64,000 nucleotides of DNA, taken from positions 1 through 64,000 of the IMG/VR virus record IMGVR_UViG_3300020198_000009. The stretch is one strand, 5' to 3'. Each line of letters starts with the position of its first letter. Position 1 is the first letter of the stretch. Below the pieces are notes generated by a model. It ran no database searches and was not told where the DNA came from. It saw only the letters and a program-made list of their open reading frames with translations. Positions 8,937-17,039 of this stretch are shown piece by piece. The position numbers and the translations under genes were made by a program. The stretch is from a virus.

Positions 8937-9233
8937 TTACGGGTCGCAGCGGACCATTTCGGCGGCCACCTGGTCCCGGGCGAGAGCGTCCGACGCCGCC
9001 CACTCGGGAACCCGGTTCTCCCGGACGGCCTCCTTGCAGAGGGTCTTCCGGGTCACGAAGAGCACCGCCATCTCCTCGCGGGCACAGGAATACTCGTCGT
9101 AGGCAGCCTGGGCCAGCGCCCAGGCGCCTGACGACCTGGCATCGGACTCGGCGGTTTCGTAAGCCAGGCGCGCCAGCCTGACCCACCACCAGGTCCGGTG
9201 AAATAGCGTCAAGAACTCCAGGTAGTCCTTCAC
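8937..9233 (-). CDS. Hypothetical protein
   Basis: GTG start overlapping the upstream stop (GTGA); VKDYLEFLTLFHRTWWW... Confidence 0.55.
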   Translation of the reverse strand: MKDYLEFLTLFHRTWWWVRLARLAYETAESDARSSGAWALAQAAYDEYSCAREEMAVLFVTRKTLCKEAVRENRVPEWAASDALARDQVAAEMVRCDP

Positions 9234-9640
9234 GCGCCGCGGCCCCCCCGCGGGGCCTGGTAGTGCCGCCGGCGCTCGGCCAGCTGCGCGCGGATGAGCG
9301 CGCGCAGCCGATCCGCGTGATACCCGAGCCGGTCGGCCCACCAGGCCAACGAGCCCGGGGCCGCCCCTGTGGCGCCGAGCCAGGCCCACGTCTCTCCCCG
9401 GTCGCTCCGGAGGTCGGCGATGGCCTGCCGGACGACCGCCCAGGCGATCGTCCGCTCGGCGCCGGCGGCCAGATCGAGGGGCCGGCCGACCGTGGCCCTG
9501 GCCCGGTCGAGGACCTCCATGGCCTCGACCAGGTGGGCCTGGGCGTAGTCCCGGCCCTCGGGGGTGCGGCAACGCCGCGCGGCCCGTCGCCAGAAGGCGA
9601 CCAGGCGCTCGGCGTTGCCGAGGTAGAGCAGGTCCTGCAT
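9230..9640 (-). CDS. Hypothetical protein
   Basis: RBS AAAGGAGG directly after the tRNA-like RNAs. Confidence 0.6.
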   Translation of the reverse strand: MQDLLYLGNAERLVAFWRRAARRCRTPEGRDYAQAHLVEAMEVLDRARATVGRPLDLAAGAERTIAWAVVRQAIADLRSDRGETWAWLGATGAAPGSLAWWADRLGYHADRLRALIRAQLAERRRHYQAPRGGRGA

Positions 9641-9662
9641 GTGGACCTCCTTTCGACCTTAG

Positions 9663-9740
9663 TGGAACCACCGGGACTCGAACCCGGCTCCCTCCTGTGC
9701 GCTTTGGCTTTCGGGAGGGAGGGCACCTGCGACTGGTCCC
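9663..9740 (-). ncRNA. tRNA-like RNA with alanine acceptor identity, no D-stem and no canonical anticodon loop
   Basis: GGGACCA/TGGTTCC acceptor stem (G3:U70), discriminator A73, T-arm CCGGG-TTCGAGT-CCCGG, 8-bp stem CTCCCTCC/GGAGGGAG closing an 18-nt loop. CCA not encoded. Confidence 0.7.
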
Positions 9741-9741
9741 A

Positions 9742-9806
9742 TGGTGGAGCCGGCGGGTACTGACCCCGCGTGCCAGGCTTGCGCCCGGTCGACCCTTTAC
9801 GGCCCC
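9742..9806 (-). ncRNA. Minimal tmRNA-like RNA (tRNA-like domain only, 65 nt)
   Basis: GGGGCCG TAAAGGGTCGA CCGGGC GCAA GCCTGG CAC GCGGG GTCAGTA CCCGC CGGCTCC ACCA. G3:U70, A73, encoded CCA, ssrA-type stemless D-loop ending TCGAC, P2 capped by a GNRA loop. GATAAT box 5 nt upstream. Confidence 0.78.
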
Positions 9807-9844
9807 ATGAAATTATCGCCAGGGTGGCGCCTGGACTTCCAGTG

Positions 9845-10322
9845 ATGGGGACGGGCTGCTCATACTGCCCGTCGCTCCCGGATCCCGGCTTGGTGTTTTG
9901 GGCCGCAAACCACAATCGGCCTCTTGCACCGGGAGCAAAACTTGGCGAGTGCCCGTCAGCGCTGCACGCAGTACCCCTGGAAACGGGGCAGATCCCGAAG
10001 GACCAGGACGGGTTTCTCGCCAGTATGGAGTATACCAGCCGACCCGGGGTTGGGTCAAGCTGGGGTTGCCCCTCGGCCTCCGGCCCCGGGCCGGGGGTCA
10101 TCGGACGCGACCGAAATCCCGGCGCCTCCCGTCCTCTGCGCCTGCCGGTCTATGGCTGCGCCGACGAGGACGGGAGTCGCCGAAAAGCCCTCGCGCGCTG
10201 TGTCGATGTTGTCGTTACGCGAGATGCGAGGGCCCGGGGGAGATCCCACCCGAGCGCCTGCTGCATGCTGCGCCGAGTGGGTGGGATCTCCTCGTAGCTG
10301 GCATCAGATCTCGATGCCAGCC
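9845..10322. ncRNA. Candidate large structured non-coding element (about 480 nt)
   Basis: Stems gacgggc/gcccgtc, gctcccgg/ccgggagc, tggcgag/ctcgcca, ctcccgtcctc/gaggacgggag, gccctcgc/gcgagggc, ggagatcccaccc/gggtgggatctcc, gctggcatc/gatgccagc. Confidence 0.5.
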
Positions 10323-10422
10323 TCCTCATGACTACCCCTTCCTGTCCCTCGCGGGACGGTCGCGGCGCAGTGGCGGCGGCTCGATGCCAGGCCTTGCGCC
10401 AGGTGGTGGTGGTGGGGGGGGG

Positions 10423-10782
10423 CTACTCGGCGCGGTAGGTGGGGTCCCCCGGCCTCTGGTTGCAGAGGCCCGGGGGCACCCCGGCCGCCTGCGCCACGGC
10501 CGACGCGGCCAGGGCGGCGTCCAGCGCCACCTGCGGGCCGACCGTGTCCCGCGCCACGCGGGCGGCCGCCCGCGCGGACAAACCCTTCGTGGCGGCCTCC
10601 CACGCCTGCCACGACGCCTCCTCGGCGTCGTTAGCGGCGGCGAAGGCCGCCCGTGCCGCCTCGACGAGCACTACTTGCGTCGCGCTCAGGACGATGCGCC
10701 CGTCGGGCGCTATGGTCCGGGGCCGTGGGTCGTCGAGGTGGCGGCCGGACCCGCCGCCGATGTGCTCCCAGATCCCGCTCAT
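10423..10782 (-). CDS. Hypothetical Ala-rich protein
   Basis: RBS AAAGGAGG before ATG. Confidence 0.55.
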   Translation of the reverse strand: MSGIWEHIGGGSGRHLDDPRPRTIAPDGRIVLSATQVVLVEAARAAFAAANDAEEASWQAWEAATKGLSARAAARVARDTVGPQVALDAALAASAVAQAAGVPPGLCNQRPGDPTYRAE

Positions 10783-11099
10783 GCCCCCTCCTTTCTTCGC
10801 CCGTACTGGGCGTCCTTGTCCTCGGAACGGCCGGGAGCCGGGGAGTATTTCGCCACCCCCATGGCGCCCGCCCGAGATGGCGGGAAAAATCTTCGGCCGG
10901 AGCGGGCTTTGCCAGCAGCATGCCAGCGCCAGCCACCCGTACTACCCAGCCCTTCCGGACCGGGGTTCCTCGTGTTGGCAGCCCCTAGAACCACGCCGGC
11001 CCGCTGGATAGAAACCAGCAAGCCAGCGCCATGCCAAGCGCCCCAAGAATGTACCTGACGACCGGCGGCTGGCGCCCGAGCCACCGGTCGAGGAGGGCC

Positions 11100-11291
11100 T
11101 CAAGCCGACGCATGAAACCCTCCCACCAGTTGCCGCAGCGACATGGTGGCCAGCGGGCCGACCAGCCGCTGCGGCGGCGGGGTCGTCGGGGGCGGTGTGG
11201 TGGTCCTGGCCTCGACGACGGCCACCCGGCGCTCCAGGGCGCCGAGGGCCGCCAGGACGACCAGGGCGGCGGAGAGGTCTCCTGCGCTCAC
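11100..11291 (-). CDS. Small hypothetical protein
   Basis: GTGA overlap with upstream gene; hydrophobic N-terminus. Confidence 0.45.
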   Translation of the reverse strand: MSAGDLSAALVVLAALGALERRVAVVEARTTTPPPTTPPPQRLVGPLATMSLRQLVGGFHASA

Positions 11292-11614
11292 GAGCCCAGG
11301 AGGTCCACCGCCTGGTCGTCGAGCTGGCCGGCGGCATAGTGCCGCCCCTGCTCCCTGAGGCGGTCCGCCATCGCCCGGAGCTCTCGGCTCCGGGCGATCT
11401 TGTCGCTGACCGGGGTCGTGTCGCTCGGCGGCGCGGCCATATCGGCCTCGGCCGCGAGGCGGTCGCGCTCGGCCCTATCGGCCTCGGCCTGCTCGGCCGC
11501 CTCGACCGAGGCCGCAGCCGCGCCGACGATGGCCAGGCCGGTGAGCACGGCCAAGCCGATGACGCCCAGGACGTTACCGGCGATCTCGCCGGCCTTCTTC
11601 GAATCAAAACCCAT
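11288..11614 (-). CDS. Hypothetical membrane-anchored protein
   Basis: MGFDSKKAGEIAGNVLGVIGLAVLTGLAIVGA; RBS AGGAGG. Confidence 0.6.
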   Translation of the reverse strand: MGFDSKKAGEIAGNVLGVIGLAVLTGLAIVGAAAASVEAAEQAEADRAERDRLAAEADMAAPPSDTTPVSDKIARSRELRAMADRLREQGRHYAAGQLDDQAVDLLGS

Positions 11615-11851
11615 TTTACACCTCCTGGAAAGGGAGGCCGGATGCCCAAAGGGCCGGCACCTGTCGATCGGCGCGGCCACCAAGATGGTGTAGCCGTCCG
11701 ACCTACCGGGTGCCGTTGCTCGGCCCATCTTGACGAAATGGCGGCAGCGGGGCATTGAACCCCGCTCGGGACCTTCAGACGACCGCGACACCCCGGAGGG
11801 GCTCGTTTGATCGCCTCTATGCCAGGCTGACACCCGGCATGTCCTTCAGCC

Positions 11852-11960
11852 CTCGCAGCCTGTCAGAGCCGCTTCCGCTTGCCGCTTGCTAAATAAATGA
11901 ATAACCCCTCCTAAGTAAAATTACTCGCAGCCTGTCAGAGCCGCTTCCGCTTGCCGCTTG
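11852..11960. repeat. Perfect 37-bp direct repeat x2 flanking a 35-bp AT-rich spacer (possible mini-CRISPR-like unit)
   Basis: CTCGCAGCCTGTCAGAGCCGCTTCCGCTTGCCGCTTG at 11852-11888 and 11924-11960; spacer CTAAATAAATGAATAACCCCTCCTAAGTAAAATTA. Confidence 0.9.
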
Positions 11961-12225
11961 GGATCCCCATGGCAGACGAGCATGGCCCGCCTGCCATGGG
12001 GATGCCGGGGAAGCTTCCCCGGCAAAAGGCGACCTGCCCGTGGACGACACGGCCTACGCCGTACCGGGGCCGATACGAGGTTCGCCACGCCCCGACCCCT
12101 TCACATCGCTACCCACGGGCACTTTTCTCGAAGCGCCGCGAAACACCGCCTTTCCGCCCGGCGGCAGGGGCATCGCTTAATTCATGGCGATCCTCCCTTC
12201 AACGAGCCCAAAAGCGCGTTTCAGG

Positions 12226-12241
12226 GATATTTAGCCGAAAA
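12226..12241 (-). promoter_or_regulatory. Candidate early promoter motif TTTTCnGnTAAATATC (copy 1)
   Basis: Sits at the head of the whole leftward accessory region; near-identical copy at 8910-8925. Confidence 0.4.
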
Positions 12242-12301
12242 ACACGGCTTTTTTAGGTGCGCGTTAGCACCACAATGGCGCGATTTTTGGCGCGATTCGG
12301 G

Positions 12302-13765
12302 CTATTGGGATAGGGCCGTGAGCAGGATGCCCTCGTTGATGTACCGCGAGATTCGCGCCGTGAAACTGATCTCGGGCCGGGCGGGCACCGTCAGGAACGT
12401 GTCTGACTCCCGCTCGATCAGCGACCCGTCAGGCAGGAAGACCTGGGCGCCGATCATGAAGTCCTGGTGGACCAATCGTACTCCGGCCGCATGGATGGCC
12501 TCGGTGATCTTCGAGACGACGATGCCGTCCTGGCCCGAGACCGAGTTGACGTAGGCGTCCATCAGCCGACCGGCCTCGACGATCTGCCCGTCGGCGCCGT
12601 CCACGAAGATGTTGCCGTACAGCCAGACCGGCACGAAGTGGCGCACCAGGACGTTGGCCATCGACAACCGGTTGTCGGCGCCGTTGACCCAGTCGTTGAT
12701 GAGCACGACGTCCGGAGCGTAGGAGATGTCGAGCACCAGCACCCGATCGGCCAGGCCGGGGTCGACCGCCAAGGCCACTGGATCTACTGCCGAAAAACGG
12801 TAGCGCGGATCGCAGTTGACCAATTCGGTGTAGGGCGTGACGCCGTCCTGGCCCTTGACGGTCGCGCCGTGGATCTTGAGCAGCGCCCGGTACGGAGAGA
12901 GATCGACCGTCAGCGCGCCGGCGGGCACCGGGATTTCGACGGCCCGGCGCGTGATGGGGGTCCGGACATAGATGTCCGAATGGTTGCCCAGGTGGATGAG
13001 CATCTCGCCCAGCTCGGCATCGACGATGCGCTTGAGATCCCGGCGCATCTCGGGATCGGACATACCCACCGTGAGCAGGTCCTGGATGGTCTGACCGAAG
13101 ACCTCGCGCAGCAGGAAGTCCACCGACGGCGCATTGACGAGGTTGCGGGTGTAGCGGGCCTTGCGCGTGCGCTCGAAGAGCTCCTGGTTCCCCTCGCGAT
13201 CGAGACCACCCTGGATCGCCGAAACCACCAGGGCCTCGATGAAGTTGGCGTCCGAGGCGAGATCGGCAATCTCGGCCACCGCCCCCACGGCCACATCGAA
13301 GGCGGCGCCGACGTCTTCGGCCTCGATCGGGATGTCGACGAAGTAGTGGCCCAGGGTGCCGTCGCGGGAGAAGTCGAATTCCTCAAGGGCCACGGCCACC
13401 TGGGGGTGGTAGACGTTCTCGCCGATGCCGATGACGGCCTGCGCGTCGAGCGAGACGTCGCCGGGGGCCACGTACTTCAAGCGCAGGGTCCCGCGGCTCT
13501 TGGCGCCCTCGCTGCGAACGGCGAAGTTCTGGTAGGCCAGGGCGTCCGCCTGTTCGTCGCTGAAGTCGAGCCAGTTCGAGGCGTTGCGCGCCACCTCGGC
13601 ATCGTTGAGTTTCTCGACGATGCTGGCCACCATCGGCACATGGGGGGCGACAAGGGCGCTGTACTGCGGCGTGCCCTCACGCAAATCGAGGGAGGGATCG
13701 GCCTCGGTCATCGCCGCGATGATGAGATCCTTGGCCTGGCTGTAGATGATATCGCCAGCTGACAT
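12302..13765 (-). CDS. Baseplate J-like wedge protein
   Basis: DLREGT...LV.P; R.EG.K.RG.L; IPIEAEDVG..FDV..G; IQGGLDRE.N.EL..R. Confidence 0.8.
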   Translation of the reverse strand: MSAGDIIYSQAKDLIIAAMTEADPSLDLREGTPQYSALVAPHVPMVASIVEKLNDAEVARNASNWLDFSDEQADALAYQNFAVRSEGAKSRGTLRLKYVAPGDVSLDAQAVIGIGENVYHPQVAVALEEFDFSRDGTLGHYFVDIPIEAEDVGAAFDVAVGAVAEIADLASDANFIEALVVSAIQGGLDREGNQELFERTRKARYTRNLVNAPSVDFLLREVFGQTIQDLLTVGMSDPEMRRDLKRIVDAELGEMLIHLGNHSDIYVRTPITRRAVEIPVPAGALTVDLSPYRALLKIHGATVKGQDGVTPYTELVNCDPRYRFSAVDPVALAVDPGLADRVLVLDISYAPDVVLINDWVNGADNRLSMANVLVRHFVPVWLYGNIFVDGADGQIVEAGRLMDAYVNSVSGQDGIVVSKITEAIHAAGVRLVHQDFMIGAQVFLPDGSLIERESDTFLTVPARPEISFTARISRYINEGILLTALSQ

Positions 13766-13766
13766 C

Positions 13767-14231
13767 CTAGAAACTCCCCGTTATCACCGCGGTGGGCACT
13801 TCGAGTCCGACGGCCTGTTCGAGCTGGTTCACGATGGCGATTCGCAACGTAGCCTCGGCCTGCTCGCCATCCACCTCGACCTCGTCGAGCACGATGCGCG
13901 CGAGCTTCTCGGAAGGTGGTAGGGCCGCGGCGGCCTGCCTGAACTTGATGCGAGATTCTGCCTTATGGACTTCGATCGCCAACAAGGAGGCGATCTCCTT
14001 CTCGCTTCCGCCTATGGGCAACGTCCCGATGTAGGTACCGAGCAGCGTGCCACAGGTCGGATCGTCATGAATCGATCCCTCGGTCGTCAACAGGAAGAAG
14101 AGGACTTCCGACGCCAGCTTTTCCAGGCCGGTCGCACGACGTACGCTCAACGCGGCCGACTTGTCGAATTTGAGCCGGAACAGCCCGGCGCTGATGCGCT
14201 CGAAGGTCCCGATCGAGAATCCGACCGACAT
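13767..14231 (-). CDS. gp25-like baseplate wedge / sheath initiator
   Basis: GLEKL...V...LLT..GS..DDP..GT.L; LPPSEKL; adjacent to baseplate J. Confidence 0.7.
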   Translation of the reverse strand: MSVGFSIGTFERISAGLFRLKFDKSAALSVRRATGLEKLASEVLFFLLTTEGSIHDDPTCGTLLGTYIGTLPIGGSEKEIASLLAIEVHKAESRIKFRQAAAALPPSEKLARIVLDEVEVDGEQAEATLRIAIVNQLEQAVGLEVPTAVITGSF

Positions 14232-14232
14232 A

Positions 14233-14583
14233 TCAGAGCAGGAAACTCTCGAACCGCTGCAAGCGACGGGCTTCGTAGGCGTCCTGGAAGCGCCTGGCCT
14301 CCATGTATCGCCGAGCATGATCACGGAAGGACAGTTTCCGCATATCTACCGCTCGCTTGGTTGCCATGATCAGATCCGAGGCCTGCTGAATGACGCCATG
14401 GACGCGGCCCGGCTCCCCCAGTCGTGGCAACATCGCCTTGAGACCGTCGATCCGGAACAACCCCGGATCGTCCGGAAACGCGGTGAACTTCCGGCTGGCT
14501 ACATCGTCCCGATAACGCTTGCGAAGCACCAGTAGGCGCGACAAGGCCTGATCGGTCGGTACTTTGTTTCCCATCATGGACAT
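14233..14583 (-). CDS. Hypothetical protein
   Basis: Protein-like ORF coupled to the gp25-like gene. Confidence 0.5.
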   Translation of the reverse strand: MSMMGNKVPTDQALSRLLVLRKRYRDDVASRKFTAFPDDPGLFRIDGLKAMLPRLGEPGRVHGVIQQASDLIMATKRAVDMRKLSFRDHARRYMEARRFQDAYEARRLQRFESFLL

Positions 14584-14600
14584 GATAGACTCAAGCAAGG

Positions 14601-17039
14601 ATGGCGAGCAGGAAGCCAGGCACAAAAAATGAGAAGTTGGCCCGCGCCGACTTCGGTACCGTGCTGGCCGTCGATCCCGTACGGCAAACGGCCACTGTCG
14701 AGAGCGACCAGGGGAAACCCTACCCGGATTGTGGAATCGGCCTGGGGGGCCCGGCCAACTTCTCGACACCAGAGCCGGGCTGGCTCGCAGAAGTATCCGA
14801 ACATTTCGGCCTGGCGCAGATAGAGCGCTATCTTACCGGTTCAGGATCTCCGGAGTATCCGGAGCGGGATCCGGCAGGCCAGATAGACAGTTTCGTGACC
14901 ATGACGGGTGGCATCGACCTGTACCGACAGATTGCAGGCAAGCGCCTGAATTTCCGCGACAACAGACCCGTCGATCTGATCGCTGGCGATCAGGGATTCC
15001 GCTCGTCCGACGGCGCCATGGTGTTCGCCGGCCGGGGCCCCATCGCCGGCATGAAGGTCTCCGACCTCTGCCAGCTGCTGCTCAACGCGGTCGACGACCA
15101 TGCACGTCTGATCGGGCGCAATCTGGAAATAATGACCGACTGGGGGCAATTGCGGTTCGAGAACGCCAAGGGCCAGACGCGCCTGATCCTGCGCGGCGCC
15201 GGACAGGCCGACAAGACCTACGACGAAAGGCTTGACTTCGAGCTCAAGCTGGGCGGGCCAGATACGGCGGACGATCCCTTCCTGCAACTGGCGCTCTACG
15301 ACCGGAAAGGCAGGGCCGAGGGCGCCGGGGATGGCGACATCGCACTGGCGGTTCGTGCCGATCAACGCGGCCAGATCAGCCTGTTCTCTGCCGGCGATCG
15401 CTGGGACACGGTCCACGGCCAATCCGTCGCGACCGTGACACGGAGCGAAAAGCGCATCATCGGCGACTCGGCAAGTCATGAGATCGACGGAGATCTCGAA
15501 ACGATCGTCGGCAACGAGCACCAGCTGAGGGCCAGAAACTCGATCGAGACCCTCGCGGGCCACGCGTCGCCATCCGGAAAGATGCAGGGGAAAGTCATCA
15601 ACGCCCCGGCGGTCGCCCTGGGTAGTGAGGAGGGGCAAGCGGCCCCCATGGGAGAGACGCTCAAGGGCTTTCTGGAGTCGCTGGTCGACTGTATCCAGAG
15701 CCAGATCCTGGTGATCCAGGGCAAGCCGGGAACGCTGCTGCCCGTGCCGGGCGTGCCGGGAGATCTCCTGAGCGACGTCGTAACCTACCCGCAAAAACCA
15801 CGACCGGCCGGCGAACTCCGCGACGTGGTCCCGAGCCCCGCCACCCGCGTCGCCGCGCCAGCGGCGCCCATCAAGTGGCGGTCACTGGAGCCCACGGTGG
15901 TAATACCATCAAACGTCTTTCGGATGCTGATCAGTGCCTGGGCGATTCAATCAAACCTGGGATATGGCCAACTGTTTCCGGCCGAGCACCTCAAACCCGT
16001 CACCGCCCTGCGACGAGACATCTCGAAGAATTTCGGCGGCACCTTCGATCCCGAGGCAACCGAACTCCTGCGACAGATAGCCACCCAGATCAACGACAAG
16101 CTTCGAACTCTCGGTTGGTCATTCCGGATGGCGCGCGACATCCATGTCTTCACGATCAAAAAGATGCCGGCCGGCTTCGAGGCCTTCGCCAATCCGGGAG
16201 AGCGCTGGATCATGGCGACCCCGCAAGGGGCGTTCCGCACCGATGGTCGGGCCACATCCTGGCCAATGTTGCAAAATCAACTCAAGAACAAGCCGCAAGA
16301 TGTCATTCCGCTCCTGAATACCCTCGTGCACGAATTGGTCCACTGCTCGATGTCGATTGTGTTGACCAACTGGCTGTACCACGAAAGCACTTGGGCGGAT
16401 CTCGGCATCATCCCCGGGGTGCTCCCGTTGCCCTCCGGCCATGCGGGGACCCTGTGGGGCCGCGTGTTCCGGGAAAACCAGATGGAATCCCTAACGGACT
16501 ACCTATCCTTCATCCTCACCGGCCTCCTGGTCGGCGACGACGAGACGGCGTACGCGACTCGCAAGACGAGGCGCGGAGGCTACACGCTGTGGCCGAACGC
16601 CTTTTTCGCGCGCAACTGGGGGTATCTGGTCAACGAAATCCTAGCCAGCCACGCCGGCAACTCGACATCGGTCGGCCACAAGTTGCTGGGCATGTTGTCG
16701 AAATGGGGCATCCGGGATACCGATCTAGGTGCCGCACGGGCCTCTCATACCGTCAGGCCCGGCACGCGCATCATCCTGGTCGAGGAACTCCCGGCCACCA
16801 CTCTGGTAGAAGATCCCGGAGGCCGGGGCCTGGTTGCAGCCGGCGGCACCATGTACCTCGACCAGAACGGCGACCCGGGCCGCGGACCCGACAAGCTTGG
16901 CGCCGGTACTGATAGTTACGACCTGCCTTACGGCCTGGTCGATCTGCCCCAGGAAATGATCGAGACAATCGCAGACACGGATGTCGAGACCTTCGCGGTA
17001 CTGGCGGCCTTCGCCAAGCCCGGGGAGGGAATCGCCTGA
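14601..17039 (+). CDS. gp5/VgrG-like baseplate spike with C-terminal HEXXH (zincin-like) extension
   Basis: N-terminal OB-like GTVLAVDP..TATV; beta-helix-type repeats (TVHGQS..IIGDS..EIDGDL..IVGNE); V.LGSE...APMGE.L..FL; then LVHELVH at about 16329-16343. Confidence 0.6.
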   Translation: MASRKPGTKNEKLARADFGTVLAVDPVRQTATVESDQGKPYPDCGIGLGGPANFSTPEPGWLAEVSEHFGLAQIERYLTGSGSPEYPERDPAGQIDSFVTMTGGIDLYRQIAGKRLNFRDNRPVDLIAGDQGFRSSDGAMVFAGRGPIAGMKVSDLCQLLLNAVDDHARLIGRNLEIMTDWGQLRFENAKGQTRLILRGAGQADKTYDERLDFELKLGGPDTADDPFLQLALYDRKGRAEGAGDGDIALAVRADQRGQISLFSAGDRWDTVHGQSVATVTRSEKRIIGDSASHEIDGDLETIVGNEHQLRARNSIETLAGHASPSGKMQGKVINAPAVALGSEEGQAAPMGETLKGFLESLVDCIQSQILVIQGKPGTLLPVPGVPGDLLSDVVTYPQKPRPAGELRDVVPSPATRVAAPAAPIKWRSLEPTVVIPSNVFRMLISAWAIQSNLGYGQLFPAEHLKPVTALRRDISKNFGGTFDPEATELLRQIATQINDKLRTLGWSFRMARDIHVFTIKKMPAGFEAFANPGERWIMATPQGAFRTDGRATSWPMLQNQLKNKPQDVIPLLNTLVHELVHCSMSIVLTNWLYHESTWADLGIIPGVLPLPSGHAGTLWGRVFRENQMESLTDYLSFILTGLLVGDDETAYATRKTRRGGYTLWPNAFFARNWGYLVNEILASHAGNSTSVGHKLLGMLSKWGIRDTDLGAARASHTVRPGTRIILVEELPATTLVEDPGGRGLVAAGGTMYLDQNGDPGRGPDKLGAGTDSYDLPYGLVDLPQEMIETIADTDVETFAVLAAFAKPGEGIA

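Noticed and set aside
9663-9806. Annotating these as normal tRNA-Ala or full/two-piece ssrA
   Set aside because: No anticodon arm or D-stem, no tag reading frame, and the gene order is not permuted.
8905-10101. 398-aa and similar Pro/Arg/Gly-rich ORFs across 7.3-12.3 kb
   Set aside because: Low-complexity GC-driven translations that cross the tRNA-like RNAs and real short genes with clear RBSs.
11852-11960. Calling the repeat a bona fide CRISPR array
   Set aside because: Only two repeats, non-canonical ends and no cas genes in the window; kept as a repeat and a hypothesis.
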